A stretch of 64,000 bases of DNA from Cycas panzhihuaensis. Lineage: Eukaryota > Plantae > Cycadophyta. The stretch lies in NCBI GenBank assembly GCA_023213395.1, contig CM041465.1, forward strand, positions 100,013,741-100,077,740. Reading direction: 5' to 3'. A program made the translations under genes and the position numbers. Positions 26,401 through 39,574 of the stretch are shown one piece after another. Positions within the stretch are counted from its first letter, which is position 1. Each line of letters begins with the position of its first letter. The notes beneath the pieces were generated by a model. That model was not told the origin of the DNA. It saw only the letters and a program-made list of their open reading frames with translations, and ran no database searches.

Positions 26401-27314
26401 TGCTAGTCTCACACTATATTGATTCATAAACTTACCCAAGAGTTGAAATATGTTATCTCTCCTTGGCCCTTCTCTTAATGGGGCTCTGATCTCATTAGTC
26501 AAATCTCCCTTGCTTTATCTAATGGTCACAAATTCATTATTACTACAAATTAATATTTTACTAAATGAAGTGAAGTTATTCCATTGGTCTCCATTATAGG
26601 AAAGATTGTCACTACATTTATTTTATAATATATCATTTATAGATTTGGGGTACTTAATATAATCATCACTAATAATGGGTCTTCATTTTATAATCCCTAT
26701 GCTAGTGAGCTGTGTAATAAGTTTTATATCATTCATAGACCATCTGCCCCTTATCACCCTTATGCAAATGACCAAGTTGAGACATTTAACAAAACATTAG
26801 CTAAGACTATTGTGACTTCTTATAGAGATTGGCATATTTAACTATTTTTGACATTATAGGTATATAGGACTTCAATAATAAATATTATAGGCATGATACA
26901 TTTTTCTCTAGATTATGATATTGAGGTCATTCTCTCATTAGAAGTTGAGATTCCTCCATTAAGTGTCTCACTAAAATAATTTATTGATGAAGAGTTCCAA
27001 AGAGAAGCATGTCTCTTAGAACTTAAAAAAGTTGATAAGACTCATTTGCAAGCATTACAAAATAAGATGGCCTCTAAAGTTAGGGTTTAAGCTACCCATA
27101 ATAGGTATCTTAGTTCTAGAAAATTTTGTGTTGATGATAAGGTTTTGAAGTTGGAATATATCTATGATAAGCAATGAAAGTTCTCTCCTAAGTGGGTTAG
27201 ACCCTACTTAGTTATTGAATATTTAAACAATGGTACTTATTAAATCTCTATGATGGAAAGCTTGGAATTTAAGAATCCTATCAATTCTCAATACTTGAGG
27301 AGTTCTATACCTAG
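20420..27314 (+). pseudogene. E2 gag-pol pseudogene
   Basis: LFPKSLQGDALKWFYHLP (~21785-21840); RT KVMPFGLKNVGTTYQR (~25120-25170); RH ILYSSSSKESL and IYFISRTLV; INT ECHNGTCDAHFSG and WGSDLI; ends ...YLR.FYT-TAG at 27312-27314. Confidence 0.9.
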
Positions 27315-28363
27315 TGGCATCTAATCTCTATAATGAGGATAAACTATGGCTCTAAATTCTCCTATTATCTAATAAGCTAAAACTATAGGCAATTCTCTTT
27401 ATTAATTATTCTTTACTTTCCTTTAAGCTATCCCTACTTTCATAAAGTCACCTCCTCATAATCACATAAGCCTACTACCCCTTCTAGCATACACATTGAT
27501 TATGAGTACTCTTTTTTCAAGGTTATCTATCTATTCCCTTTAGGGCCCTATACTCAAGGGAGAATTTGGGCCCCTAGTTTTTTCATCTATAGTTGCCCTT
27601 GACAAGAGATTTGTTCATCAACTTCAGTTATTTTATTAGTTGCTTAGGTTATATCCTATATACTAGTCCTTCATTCTAGGGATTCCTTCTTGGTCATTCA
27701 TCACCTGTTTTTCTTTTCTTCTTATTATCCTTAGTTTTCTTTATTTATACTTTTGAGGTGAATACTCATTCTACTACATTCTCATTATATTTTGAGACAC
27801 CATGATTTAGATCTCTTCTTTCTCTTGTAGTTCAATCTTTAAGGAGTTTGGTTTCTTATGTTCCAACTTGGTTTTATTAAAAAGGATAAATCCTTCCTAT
27901 ATTGAGGAAAGATACTTTATGATTGGAAGGTTATGAACTTTTTCTTATAAATTAAAATAAAAGAAAAAAGTAAAAAGTAAAAGTTGAAATAAGGAAAGAT
28001 ATTAGAAAAAGAAAACAAAGTAAAAAAAATCAAAATATATATTATTATCATCCTCTTATAATCTAAGGCAATTCATGTGATGACTTTGTTCCTACCTATA
28101 TATATAATAGGTTGGGTTCATTTAGATGAGTCATTCAGGATGTTCGAGTCTAGTTGCTTGGGTCTACCATGGCCTTAGCTATGATTAAACCCTACTTGAC
28201 ATTTTTTATTATAGCTAACTATTGTTGTCCTAATTATGATTTCTCCTCTTCCTCCTTGTAGTAAACAATAATCTATTCTCATTTACTACCATCTCCTTAC
28301 TGATTGATTCTCATATTCTCCTTTATTGATCATACTATCTCCAAATATTAGTCCTACTTTCCT

Positions 28364-28765
28364 ATGGCATTGAGTATTTTCATTAACAGAGGAAGTAAAG
28401 GTAACTCAGGACTATTTGCTACTACATGAATGGTTTATAATCAATTAAGAAATCCCCTCATATCTGCCAGTTTATTTCTACCTAGAGCAAACAATAACAA
28501 AGCCAAATATTTTGCTATTATAGGAGCATTATCTAATATTTTAATTATATTATGAACCTATCATCATTCATCCTGACCTCAGATTATAGTTTACTAGTTA
28601 GTTAGGATATATCAAGTCCATTCTTCATAGTTCATTTCCCTTCACCATTAGGTTTCATTATTGATGTCTTTATTCTATTTAATTACTATCCAATTTGTTC
28701 CCTAAATTTTTAATACTAAAGCTAATGCTATAGTCTCTTTTATCTTGGATGATTATTTAAGCTAA
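28364..28765 (+). pseudogene. Stand-alone archaeal-type RNase H (aRH) ORF downstream of the E2 integrase
   Basis: Manual translation gives MALSIFINRGSKGNSG (F.DG.S.GNPG), RANNNKAKYFAIIGAL (TNN.AEY.A), IIIHPDL.IIV (DS.LV) and IQFVP*IFNTKANAIV (HVPR..N..AD). Three of the four catalytic D/E codons appear G>A-decayed. Confidence 0.8.
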
Positions 28766-29586
28766 CTTTCACCTTTTATTGGAGGCACCTTACTCTATAA
28801 TGAGAATAAACTACCATTCTATAAAGAGTATAAACTATGGGTTTTGAGGATAAATGTTTGAGTGATATAAAAGGTTAAGATGATAGGCTTAAAGATAAAA
28901 TGAACTGATAGAAAAGATAGACCCATGTGGGAATCATGGGCTGAGGAGGATCTTGGTAGCGTCCCTAAGAGCATATTACCCTTGGAAGGAGCTAATGAGG
29001 AATCCTATATACTTGAGAAACTAGTTGTTTATTAGGTGGAATTAATATTTCATTCTAAAAACAACATGTTTTTCTTAAGATATATTATATGAATATAGAT
29101 TCCGGTCTATGCTTGTGTAATCTATCTTGAGTATGATGTGAATTATGTAAGTTTTTCTTTTCAGAGGGACTTAAATTATTCCATATTCTATTTTTATAAA
29201 CTTATTATTATTTTCTTTTCAAGTGGTTTTATATTTATAAGAATAGAATTGTTAATCTTTTCCATCTACTCCTTTTTATCTTTTTATCTATTTTCTTTCC
29301 TTCATCATTCCTTATGATTTTCCTTCTTTAAGACCCCTTTGTACTAAAAAATGAGTATAAACTATCATGTACATATTGATCAAAAAATCTAAAAAGATAT
29401 AAAATGACAAAAGACAAAAAAAGAAAAGATAAAAGAAAAAAACTATTATATGCTTTCATGGACTCTCACACTAGTGAATATATACCATATTTAATTTATA
29501 AAAGAGGGATAAAATTGGGGAATGAGTTTAGAGTCAATAATTTAATCACAATTATTACATAAACCATAATGGAAATGATCAACATA

Positions 29587-29974
<388 letters not shown>

Positions 29975-30089
29975 GAATATGAAATAAATATAGCACATCT
30001 GTCACTTTGTGATTCATGATATAACATCTATGGCTCATAAAATATCTCATATCTCCCCTCTATATATAAAATATGCTCATCTCTGTGAG

Positions 30090-32075
30090 CTCTAATGAGA
30101 CCTGCCCTATCCTCCTAGCTCTACCCTCTCCTCTCTATCTAGAGTTTTCCCATGTGTTAACTCTCTATATGGTGGAATTTATCTTCCCTACTAAATCATA
30201 GTTCTCTTGGATGGAGTAACTCTCCCCCTACCTGAACTAATGTCATGCTCCATAGATGACATCACTCATCCTCTAATGCCTTAAACTTTAACTCCCAAAG
30301 TCTCAGCTTCATCTTCATATCTTAAATCATATCTCCAACCTATAATGCAAGACTAGAATACTCAACCTAATGTCTTGATAGTGTATGGTTAATTATATTC
30401 CATGTTAGAGGTTTCTCCAACATGTATGCATAGTAGAAGATCAGGTCAAGCATCCTCTAGACCTCTAAAAGAGTTAAGCTCTCCTCACCTATTCATGAAA
30501 AACATATCAATTATGATTGGAATTCTATATGAAATGTAGATAATCTAAAAGAAAATAATCAATTATATTCAAAATATTTACTAATTGACATACCTATTGG
30601 TTGTACTCCTCCCATTGGCTCAGTCACAATCTCCTCTCCTAGCTATAGAATTACCTCTTCTTAAGGCTCCTAAGAAGCCTATTTAGGATACTCCTCCTAT
30701 CCTACTATGCTCCTATCACCTCCTCTCCCATATCCATCTACCAAACCCAACTCCATGCTCTAAATATAGCCTCCTCTATCCCTACCTTGTACTCTACCCA
30801 TTGATTAAAGCGCATCCCTACCTCCTCTCTCACCTCTGTTGGTCAATGGCTCATCCATGTCTCCTCTCCTACACTAACTGATAAGATGTTGTTTCCTATT
30901 TCCTTCTCCTCTTACTCCTCTCCTCTCCCTCTCCCTCCACTAGTCATAGGAGCCTCTCCTTTATTGCTCTCTCAACTGTATCAACCTCATCATCACTCCA
31001 TATTGATAGTACCTCATATGGATCCTCTATTAATTGCCTCTTAGTCATCTAGTTTAGTATAGGACTATGTATAATTCTCACCACTATAGTTGTTCTATTA
31101 TGAATTTGGGCCCTTATATGCCAACTTTTCATTCTTGGATCTATAATAGTTAGCTCTCATGGCACTCTACCTAGCCTTGTCAATGGGATGTGGTTATATA
31201 GCCAATATATCAAAATTGAATTGTAAGAAAATCCTCCTCTACCTTACATCCTGATTTTAGATAATTGAAGGCATATACTATTAGCTATATACTACCCCTA
31301 GTTTATCTTAATCCCTTGATCACACCTTCTAATAACTCCCACCCACTATGTTGGAACCCCAATGAAGTTTTAGGTTCTAGTAATCCTAAAAATAATGATG
31401 AGGGCAATGTTCTTATGTATTATCAGGATCCCCTCTATCATCCTCATTACCTAAATAAATATCATATGAGGACTAAATTGATTAGTAAAGTAGGTTACAT
31501 ACTACCTACAAGCCTCTTGTGACTTATCGTTAAGTGTTGTATTCAGTTTGATACTTTCCCCATGCTAACTAACCCTAAGATTCTCCTAATATCCCTAAGA
31601 GTAATTTGGATGTCTCATATAGCCCATACCCTAAATATATTCCTCCCTAGGATCTAACAACTAATAAAATAATGAAAGATCTCATACTCCATCACTAATT
31701 TAGTTGATCCACTCACTTGGGATAAGCCACATAGCCTTAATTAGGTCTAATACACCTTGGTTAGTTGACTAATCAACTCCCTAATTGGTAATCCTTCATT
31801 CTTTTTGGTATCCACCCTCTCTAGAGGTTAGATCATAGCAAAAATAATCACGTCACACTAAAAAAGTGATCTTTTAATTTTTGTTCAAATTATAAAATCA
31901 TATTTTTAAATTTTCATTATGTTTTTAACCTACTTATTACATTTTTCATCATGTATCATTATGTTTTTATAAAAAAAATCCAATTTAAATTTTTTTTTAC
32001 AAGAGAGACTTACCAGATATCTAGCTCCTCGATGTATCATCTTAATCCTCCCCTCTTAGAGCTAGTCTCTCATCA
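30090..32075 (-). pseudogene. E2 antisense gene: PMD (plant mobile domain)-like N-terminus, acidic region, coiled-coil C-terminus; probable introns
   Basis: Minus strand 31680-31552 reads FISC*ILGRNIFRVWAI*DIQITLRDIRRILGLVSMGK (PMD W..F...TITL.DV..ILGL..G pattern). 30320-30265 reads KLRLWELKFKALEDE, similar to E1 RLKAIEEKFRAMEEG. Donors CTG|GTAAGT (~32013) and AG|GTATG (~30593). Confidence 0.62.
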
Positions 32076-33002
32076 AAATGGCTCCTAATTATCTCCAAAA
32101 TCAAAAGATAAGATCCCTTTGGATTATTGTTTCTCTAACTCCCTCATGTAAAAATAAAATGAAATATATTGATTTTTCTTATAAAAAGGGAGGGTCTTTT
32201 CTTTGGTTTTTGGATAAAATTTTTCTTTTATTAATTTTATTTATCTAAGTTAATATTATCTTCTCTTAATAATCATTCCTAGATAAATTATCTTTGAAAT
32301 TAGGAAATGATATATTCTCCATTGATTAGGATTATTGTTGACCTTAATTTATTTACCTTTTGATGAGAATTTTAAAGGCCTAAATATGATATCTTTTACT
32401 CATTTTGATATCTATTTTAATCTTTATTTTGGCCCTAAAAATGCTCTAAACTCTTTTACCTATTAAAGAGCCTAAACTATGACAGTGTAATGCTCTAAAT
32501 CCCCTTTTCCCATTATTGAGCTTGAACTATAATGGAAAGCTCTGAAACGTCACTTACTAATAAGTTGAAACTATGGTAGTCTTAGACTCTGAAAAGTCAC
32601 CTGTTAATGAGTCCAAAAACTATGACATTTTATCATTTATGCTCTAGTAAAAATACTTTCCTCTAACACTTGGTTAATGAGAGATAAAATATAATCATTT
32701 AGGGTTTTAAGCATCATGAAGTTTATGAGCATTTAGTATTTTTTTTCAATTGAGTGAGTGTAAGCCCTATTCGTTTGGTAAGTATTTTGGTAGTATCTTT
32801 AGTATATCAATCTAGCAAAATCAAGGTTTGTTTAGTTTGATTTTAGTACTTTTTCTAGACTAGATTTTTCATCATTCATATATCTCATCTGAATCCTTAT
32901 CTATTTGAGAAATCTTTATCATGATCATTGTCACCTTTTACCATCCTACTCTTTTTTTAAAGTCTTCTTTTGAAGTATAGCTTCAAGTGCTAAGGGGGCA
33001 AA

Positions 33003-34002
33003 TATTTCACTAAAAGTTAGCTTTCAATTGATCTTCATATTCATTAACAAGTTTCCTACAGATAGCTTGCAGCCTATGAAACTCATATGCAACTAACTAT
33101 ATGTTGATATTATTGTAAAGAAATTACAAGGAGATTTTATCATTTATGGAGCTTTTAAGCACCATAGGATCCTTAAACCTCATGCAAAATCTATTTGTTA
33201 CAAAGATTTATCATTCATGCATACATGTTCTTTTTTCGAAAAGAGAGAAAATGAAGAAGACAAAGTCAATAAATATAGCACTAAATATACTAAAATCATA
33301 TTTGAAATCTCTAATTTCCATTGAAATCATTCTTGAAGTTTAAAATAACATGTGCATAGAATAAAGAGTTTTGCATAAGCATAGCATGTTATTTAGTTTC
33401 CATCAAGTTGAATACAATATTGCATATCATAACATTTTTATCTTATGCTTGTTACTTTTATGTTTGAAAAGAAGTGTATTTTGCATCTTTAGGAGATAGT
33501 ATCTTTTTCATTTCAGTGTTCTTTTTTTTTTAAGAAAAAGAAATAATATGCATGTTTTACTTTCTTAGGTTGGCTTTCAAAAGGTACTTAGATCTTGTTG
33601 TTTCATTGATTCTTTCTTTTGCATTCTTAAAAAGAAAACTATATCAATCCTTCCATTGCTTAACCTTTTCTTTATTGTAGTAAACCCAAAAAGTTAAAAT
33701 AAAAAAAGGAAAGGAGTCCCTAGGAAGGATACAGAAGATATTATCAATGTAATTCTAGACTTAGAACTCCTTTACTTACTTGTGTAGGCTAGTGGATCCT
33801 AGTACTTCTTACATCATAGCCTTTCACTATCACATACATATTCAAACTAAATCACACAAATAGGTAGAGACTCCTTCTTAGGAATTGGAAAATATAGTCC
33901 TTAGGTTTGCGTAGGCTTATTTATCTCTTGATTTAGACTTGAAATAGAGGAAACATAATATCATTAACGGATACTTAGCCTAGGCCCAACCAAAGTATGT
34001 TA
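33003..34002 (+). repeat. E2 3' LTR (~1 kb, TG/CA ends decayed to TA/TA)
   Basis: Follows the PPT; its last ~350 bp match 20010-20366. Confidence 0.65.
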
Positions 34003-37000
34003 GATAAGTGCCATTTAGTTTCCATCATATCCTTAGCATTTTTATGGGACTAGCTCAAGGGTATTGATGTTGAGTTTCTCAAGCATTTAGGCAAGTATAA
34101 TATTCATTGATGGCCTATTATTAATTATAGTTATTTTTAATATAAAATCTAGGGTCTTAATAGTGATAGCAAAGGGGTAATGCCAATAGTGTTTACACTC
34201 CTTAGTAGGTGGCAAGTCACCTGGGACTAAAGAAATGATCAATTGGTCAAGATGTGGTTGTGATGGCCTGGATAGGTGCTTCCTTATACTTGAGGTCTTC
34301 TAGAAATAAGTTTTATTAGTCAGGGAAGCTCTGCAAGATGTCCATTATAGAAATACCTAAGGAAGTGGTGTGAAATTCCATTATGATGGAGAAAGGTTTC
34401 CCCTTACTAGTGGGTTGGGGAAGGCCCCTCATAAATTCATATTAGATAATAGGAATAGGAATCATCTTGGGCAAGGTAAAGATTTCTATTAGAAGGGCTT
34501 GATAACTACTTATTAGGAAGTAGAAATTTCCCCAGCTTCCCTGGCTACTTTGGCTTAGGTTATGGGAAAAACCTAAGTTGTGTTAAGTATTTAGATGACC
34601 CTTTTACCTTTAACAATATAATATTAGGTGGCCTAGGTTAAGTCTTATATTTTGGAGGAAGAGGAGCCTATTGGCTTAAGGTAGGGCCTGTCCTTATATT
34701 GATCAAGAGTGGGGTTAGATGGTGGCTTTCTTTAAGATTGGGGTCAATCCCTCCCTTACTTGATATAAGGTTAGGTTGGTTATTTAAGAGCATCATAGTT
34801 AGGGAAAGGGTCTTAACAGATTAGCTACTCAAGATTAGGCTTAAACATAGGTTATAAAGGAGGATCCTAAGGTAGCGCCTTCTTAGGATGTTGGGTCCAA
34901 CAATAGGTATCATCATGGGCATGACTCCCATTGACAATGTACCATCCCTTCTTAAGTGGAGGTTGGGCTTCCTTATTTTTAATAAGGGTAGGATTAGCCC
35001 CTTTGGGTTGGGAAACTATCTAGGTAGCCTAATGAATTGGCCTATACCCATGTAAGAGGATGGGTGGCTCAAGTTGGATAGGGGATAATTAGAGTTTTAG
35101 ATCCTTAATGATTTGCTTAAATGAGAAAATAATGGAGGTAAGAGAGTCTATCATCCCATCGATATTATTGGTAGGAGGCCCTAGATCCTATGATTAAGGA
35201 CTTTGATCTTGTGAAGAAGGTGATGTCTCATGATGTGGGGGAGTAATGTTAACCTTCTTAAGGCCAACTTGGATCTTAATTAACTCAAGGGTGAGACATT
35301 TGGTTATGGACAATTGACACATACTAATAACCATATTGAGTACTTTATTATAGACTGTAGGCCAGAGGGCATTAACCAAAATGCCCCCCTTGAAGTCCTT
35401 AGGTAGCATGGCCATGGAGGAGTAGAATAAGTCATGAAAATGATGCATAAATTCTCTATTGAGCTCTTCCTAACCTTATTTAAGGGAGAGAATGGATTTA
35501 GCCCCACTCTTAAAATGGCAAGCGATATCAAAATGATTGATGAAGGTGTCTACCAACTACTAAAAATAGATGATAAAATGGGTGAGCAAGTAAAACTACT
35601 TGAGAGACCTCTAAAATAACTTCATCAAAATGTGGTCATAAGACCAATAGTCATTTCATGCCATGGTGAATGCTTGAATATGATTGACAGGGTCCTTGAA
35701 TGAAGTACCCTTAAACTTAGGTGCTTTAGAAAGGTGAAGTGGCAAGTTGGCCCTCAAGACTTCTAAAGAAAGAGTGTTGGTCTTGCAATTAAAAAAGGGA
35801 CATGCCCCAAGTTTACCTAGAGGGTCAAATAGTAGATAGGTAGGCTATGGATAATAAATTAGTTACATTTAGAGACTACCATAAGGGCATACCCTTATTG
35901 GTAGGTCTAGTACTAAGATGTTAGTTGAAGGATGCCCCCAACTTTATATGGAGCCACTATTGAGGCATAGGGGTGAGGTCTACAAAGAGGTGGGTATTCA
36001 TAGCTTAGGACTCCATATGAAGGGGTTAGGTAGGATGTTCCACCCTATGTGACATCTCACTAAGGAACTAATATATAAGGTGGGACAAGAATAGGACCAT
36101 GTTAGCCTTGATAAGCTTAGGTAGGTGTCATTTGATAGGTATGAGTAAGCTAAGATACTACAAGCTAATAAGGTGGAGTAAGGTAAAACAATGGATGATG
36201 TAAAAGGTTTCTCCTATGTGGGCCTTTGATTAAAGGGCAACCCCATATAGGTGAAGCAGGTATGTGCCATAAGTAGATAAAGAATAAGGCCAACCTTACC
36301 TCCACTATTAAGCAACATAGCCATGTGTGATAAAGGTGCATAAATTTGGTTAGTACTAATGAGGTGGTAGCCAAGGACCCCATTAGGTCTTGTGAAATGA
36401 GAACATTATAAGACTAGTGGAATAAAGGGAAGCATCCAAGTAGCACTTAATTAGGGAATAAAGGCATGGAAGCTACTCAATGAAGGAATAAGATGGGGAA
36501 CAAAGGGCCTAGACTGGGATATGGCTTAATAAGGCTAAGAAACTACCATAAATGAAGGACCCATAGATTAAGAAATTATCAATTAAAATTAGGTGGGAGG
36601 AGGAATTACTTGGGTAACCATCTAAGAGGTAACTTATGACTAACTAGGAGAGGTTGGAACTTGAATAGGCAAGGTAGACATAAGGGCATTAGAAATTAAG
36701 CAATAGGTCCAAGTAGGAGTGGTCTCTCCCATAGCTATATTAAATCAATGCGTTATAGTGACAATAACAACCTAAGTAATGTTTTAGGTCTAGAATGGAT
36801 CTAAAACTTACTTGCTAACTAGGGCTTCATAAAAGGAAAAAATTTAAGCTAATGGATTACGGATTTGGGAAGGATCATAGGGTTGGAAAGTCATAATCAC
36901 ATGGGTAGGAGAGTCTACAGGGTTTTGAAAAAACCCTTCAACTTTATATCCCTAGTAAGCAAGGTTAACACTTTCTTAATAAGGTAGTTAAGGGACATAA

Positions 37001-39200
37001 GACTTAGTAGACTAGGACAAATCTTAAGCATAGGCCTAATATGGATCTTATATTTGGTAAGAGTCTTAGGGCTAGTACACAAGCTTAGTAAAATAGGTCT
37101 TAAAATAACTTAAGATGAAGCTATTCCACCATCAAAGATTTCTTGTGAGGTGAAGAACTTAGTAGATAAACTACATTAAAAGTATGGGAAGGCCTTGAAG
37201 GTAGTGAGAGAATTGTCATATATAAGAGGAAAAGATAAAAGAGAAAGGACAAAAAGTAAAAGGGTGACATGCACCTACATTCTAAAAGTAGGATAAAAGT
37301 GTGGGGAGTCCTTATAATAGATAAACAATGAAGTGAATAAAACCTTATCCTAACTTAAAGGGCTAAAATAAAGTAGAGGGAAGGGAGATAGTAATTCAAT
37401 ATTAAGTTAATACACTATTGGTGAGTCCCTAGTATGGTTGCTAGTGGATATATATTAGCATAGAGAGAGGATGTATAAATCACTATCTTAGAATGGGCCC
37501 AAAGGGCAAGTAGGACTCAAGTGAAGGAGGGTGTAAATATAGGCCCATCACAGGGATGCTTATACATATTGTATATGCAATTATGGGGATGAGGGACATG
37601 ATGCTCAATCAACTAGGCTAAGGGCAATGTATAGGTGTATATAATATGTTAAGAGAAGGTGAAAGTAAAAATAAAAAGAGCTAAGTCAATTGTAACTAAT
37701 CAATGAAAAGGATGCAATGTAAGAAGATAAATAAAACTAGCATATATTAACTAATAGAGCAATCTAAATAGAAACTAATAGTAGATGAGATAATATCAAT
37801 CAAGCTATGAATAGTGTCCTTGAAAGGGATAAACAACATATAAAATCCCTTACTATGTGAGGGGGTTAAAGAAACACAAATACCCATAAATCTTACATCA
37901 CTATGTGGCTATCCTATATAACTAAAATCTCATAGGATGACTAACCTATCCTAACCCCCTGACTTCTAATTTACCTAAAAGTAATCGACTTGATCTATAG
38001 AGATAATGAAGGGACTACCCAAAGTGAGAGGTTTAAAGCAATCAACACCATAGGATAGATTCATTGATGGATAAGTCTATGGGGACTCATTAATACTTGT
38101 GATGGCTCTCACATGAATGCAAGAGTGACCTGGTAGTGCTTGTATTTGATTCTAACAAACCTTATGATTTAAGAGGATGGAGGAAGATAGAGGCCACTAG
38201 TCTCAATAGGAGAGATGAAGTTCACTCAATTGTCCATGGCGTACATGTTATCATGTGGTAAGGACAACTACCCTTTAACTGCCTATTCAAAACATAAATC
38301 AAAGACTCAATATTTAAAGGCAGAATATAACCTCTTTCATCTAGTAATGACACCTAGGTAGAAAGTAAGTTGTGACCCCTCTTAAGTGGAAAGAAGGACT
38401 CTAACCTGATAGAAACTAAAGATAAAATAAAACAAACACTTAATATATCTAGTGTGTAGTTTTTACTTAAATGAAAGGAGCAAACAAACCTAGTTAATCA
38501 AAGTAGAATATTGCCCCATTGATTTAAGAACTTATAATAGGTATCATCCTCTCCTTCATTAGGCCTCTGAGAAAGAACATTCCATAACAAGACAAGGATG
38601 GAAATGTAGTATGTAACATATGATAAAATAAAAGAAATTCCTTTTAACTCTTTCTCTTTTTATTCTTTTTCTCTTTTTCTTCTTAAAATGAAATCCTATA
38701 GGCAAGCGCAGAGGGAAAATAGGTGAAAATACTAAAGCATACAAGTGATGGCCTTTTCCTAACATACTTCCCATTTTAAACCAAAACTCTAAAATAAAAA
38801 GACATTTTGGATATTTTTTCCTTTAGTAAATTAAAATTACTAAAGTGAAGTTTGTAGTAAAATACCTAGTGAAACATTTAAATAACAAAATTTTACCCTT
38901 TTTCTAGTCAACTCATGATTTGCTAAATCACTCATAAAACTCAACAACGATTAGGTGAGTATATACTTATCAAAAAAAGAAATTTAGAAAATAATTGATA
39001 GCATTTCTACTTATCGGATCAAGTTATAATGAAAAAACATTTAGGTAGGAAATTCAAATGCTCCAAAAATGTGAGATATGACTTGGTACTAACTTGTATT
39101 ATAAATTCTAGTGAACATTTTTCCACGACATGACACTTGCATAATAGGTACCATAATTTAATATAAAGGTGATAGAGAGAGGGAGAAAAGGGGGGATGTC
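34003..39200 (-). mobile_element. Decayed minus-strand Tat element E3 (E1-like family): protease start, gag, 5' UTR and probable 5' LTR; truncated at E2
   Basis: Minus strand reads LRANLPLHLSKAPKFKGTSFKDPVNHIQAFTMA..DYWSYDHILMKL (~35760-35617). ORF 35194-35448 (FHDLFYSSMAMLPKDFKGGILVNAL) matches E1 gag. Protease TIINNRPSMNI (~34100-34130) and C*GYDG (~34020-34038). Right boundary approximate. Confidence 0.8.
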
Positions 39201-39226
39201 CAACTCACTCAAGATGCTCAAAAACT

Positions 39227-39574
39227 CATGACATGAAGGAGAGTATTAAGGGTCTAGAAGAAGTCTGTATAAGACACACACTGAGAGAAGGAAATAAAGT
39301 TGCTGACTTTTTGGCAAATTGGGAGGTGAGGCAAAAGGAAGGCACCATGTGGAGGCTTGACTTTCCTAGGGATCTTATGGTTCTGGTAGAGAAGGAAATG
39401 GTCTGAAGCAGCTAGCCGAGGGGCTTGTCCTGTCAATGTAATTCTTTTCCCTAGACCATGGGGATGTCATGGTCATCTTTGACTTAGAAGCCTAAAGCAT
39501 ATTGATGTACTAGGTTGAGGGATCCTGTTTCCAACCCACTCATAATTCAATTTTATCTTATAAAAAAAAAAAAG
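39227..39574 (+). mobile_element. 5'-truncated L1-type LINE (C-terminal RNase H end, 3' UTR, poly-A)
   Basis: Perfect 16-bp TSD AAGATGCTCAAAAACT (39211-39226 and 39575-39590); A12 tail; translates IRHTLREGNKVADFLANW. Confidence 0.92.

Noticed and set aside
32443-32695. CRISPR array or hammerhead ribozyme interpretation of the repeated motif
   Set aside because: Eukaryotic TE context, no cas genes, degenerate repeats with variable spacing, and no CTGATGA...GAAA core in hammerhead geometry. Isolated CTGATGA matches elsewhere lack supporting stems by eye.
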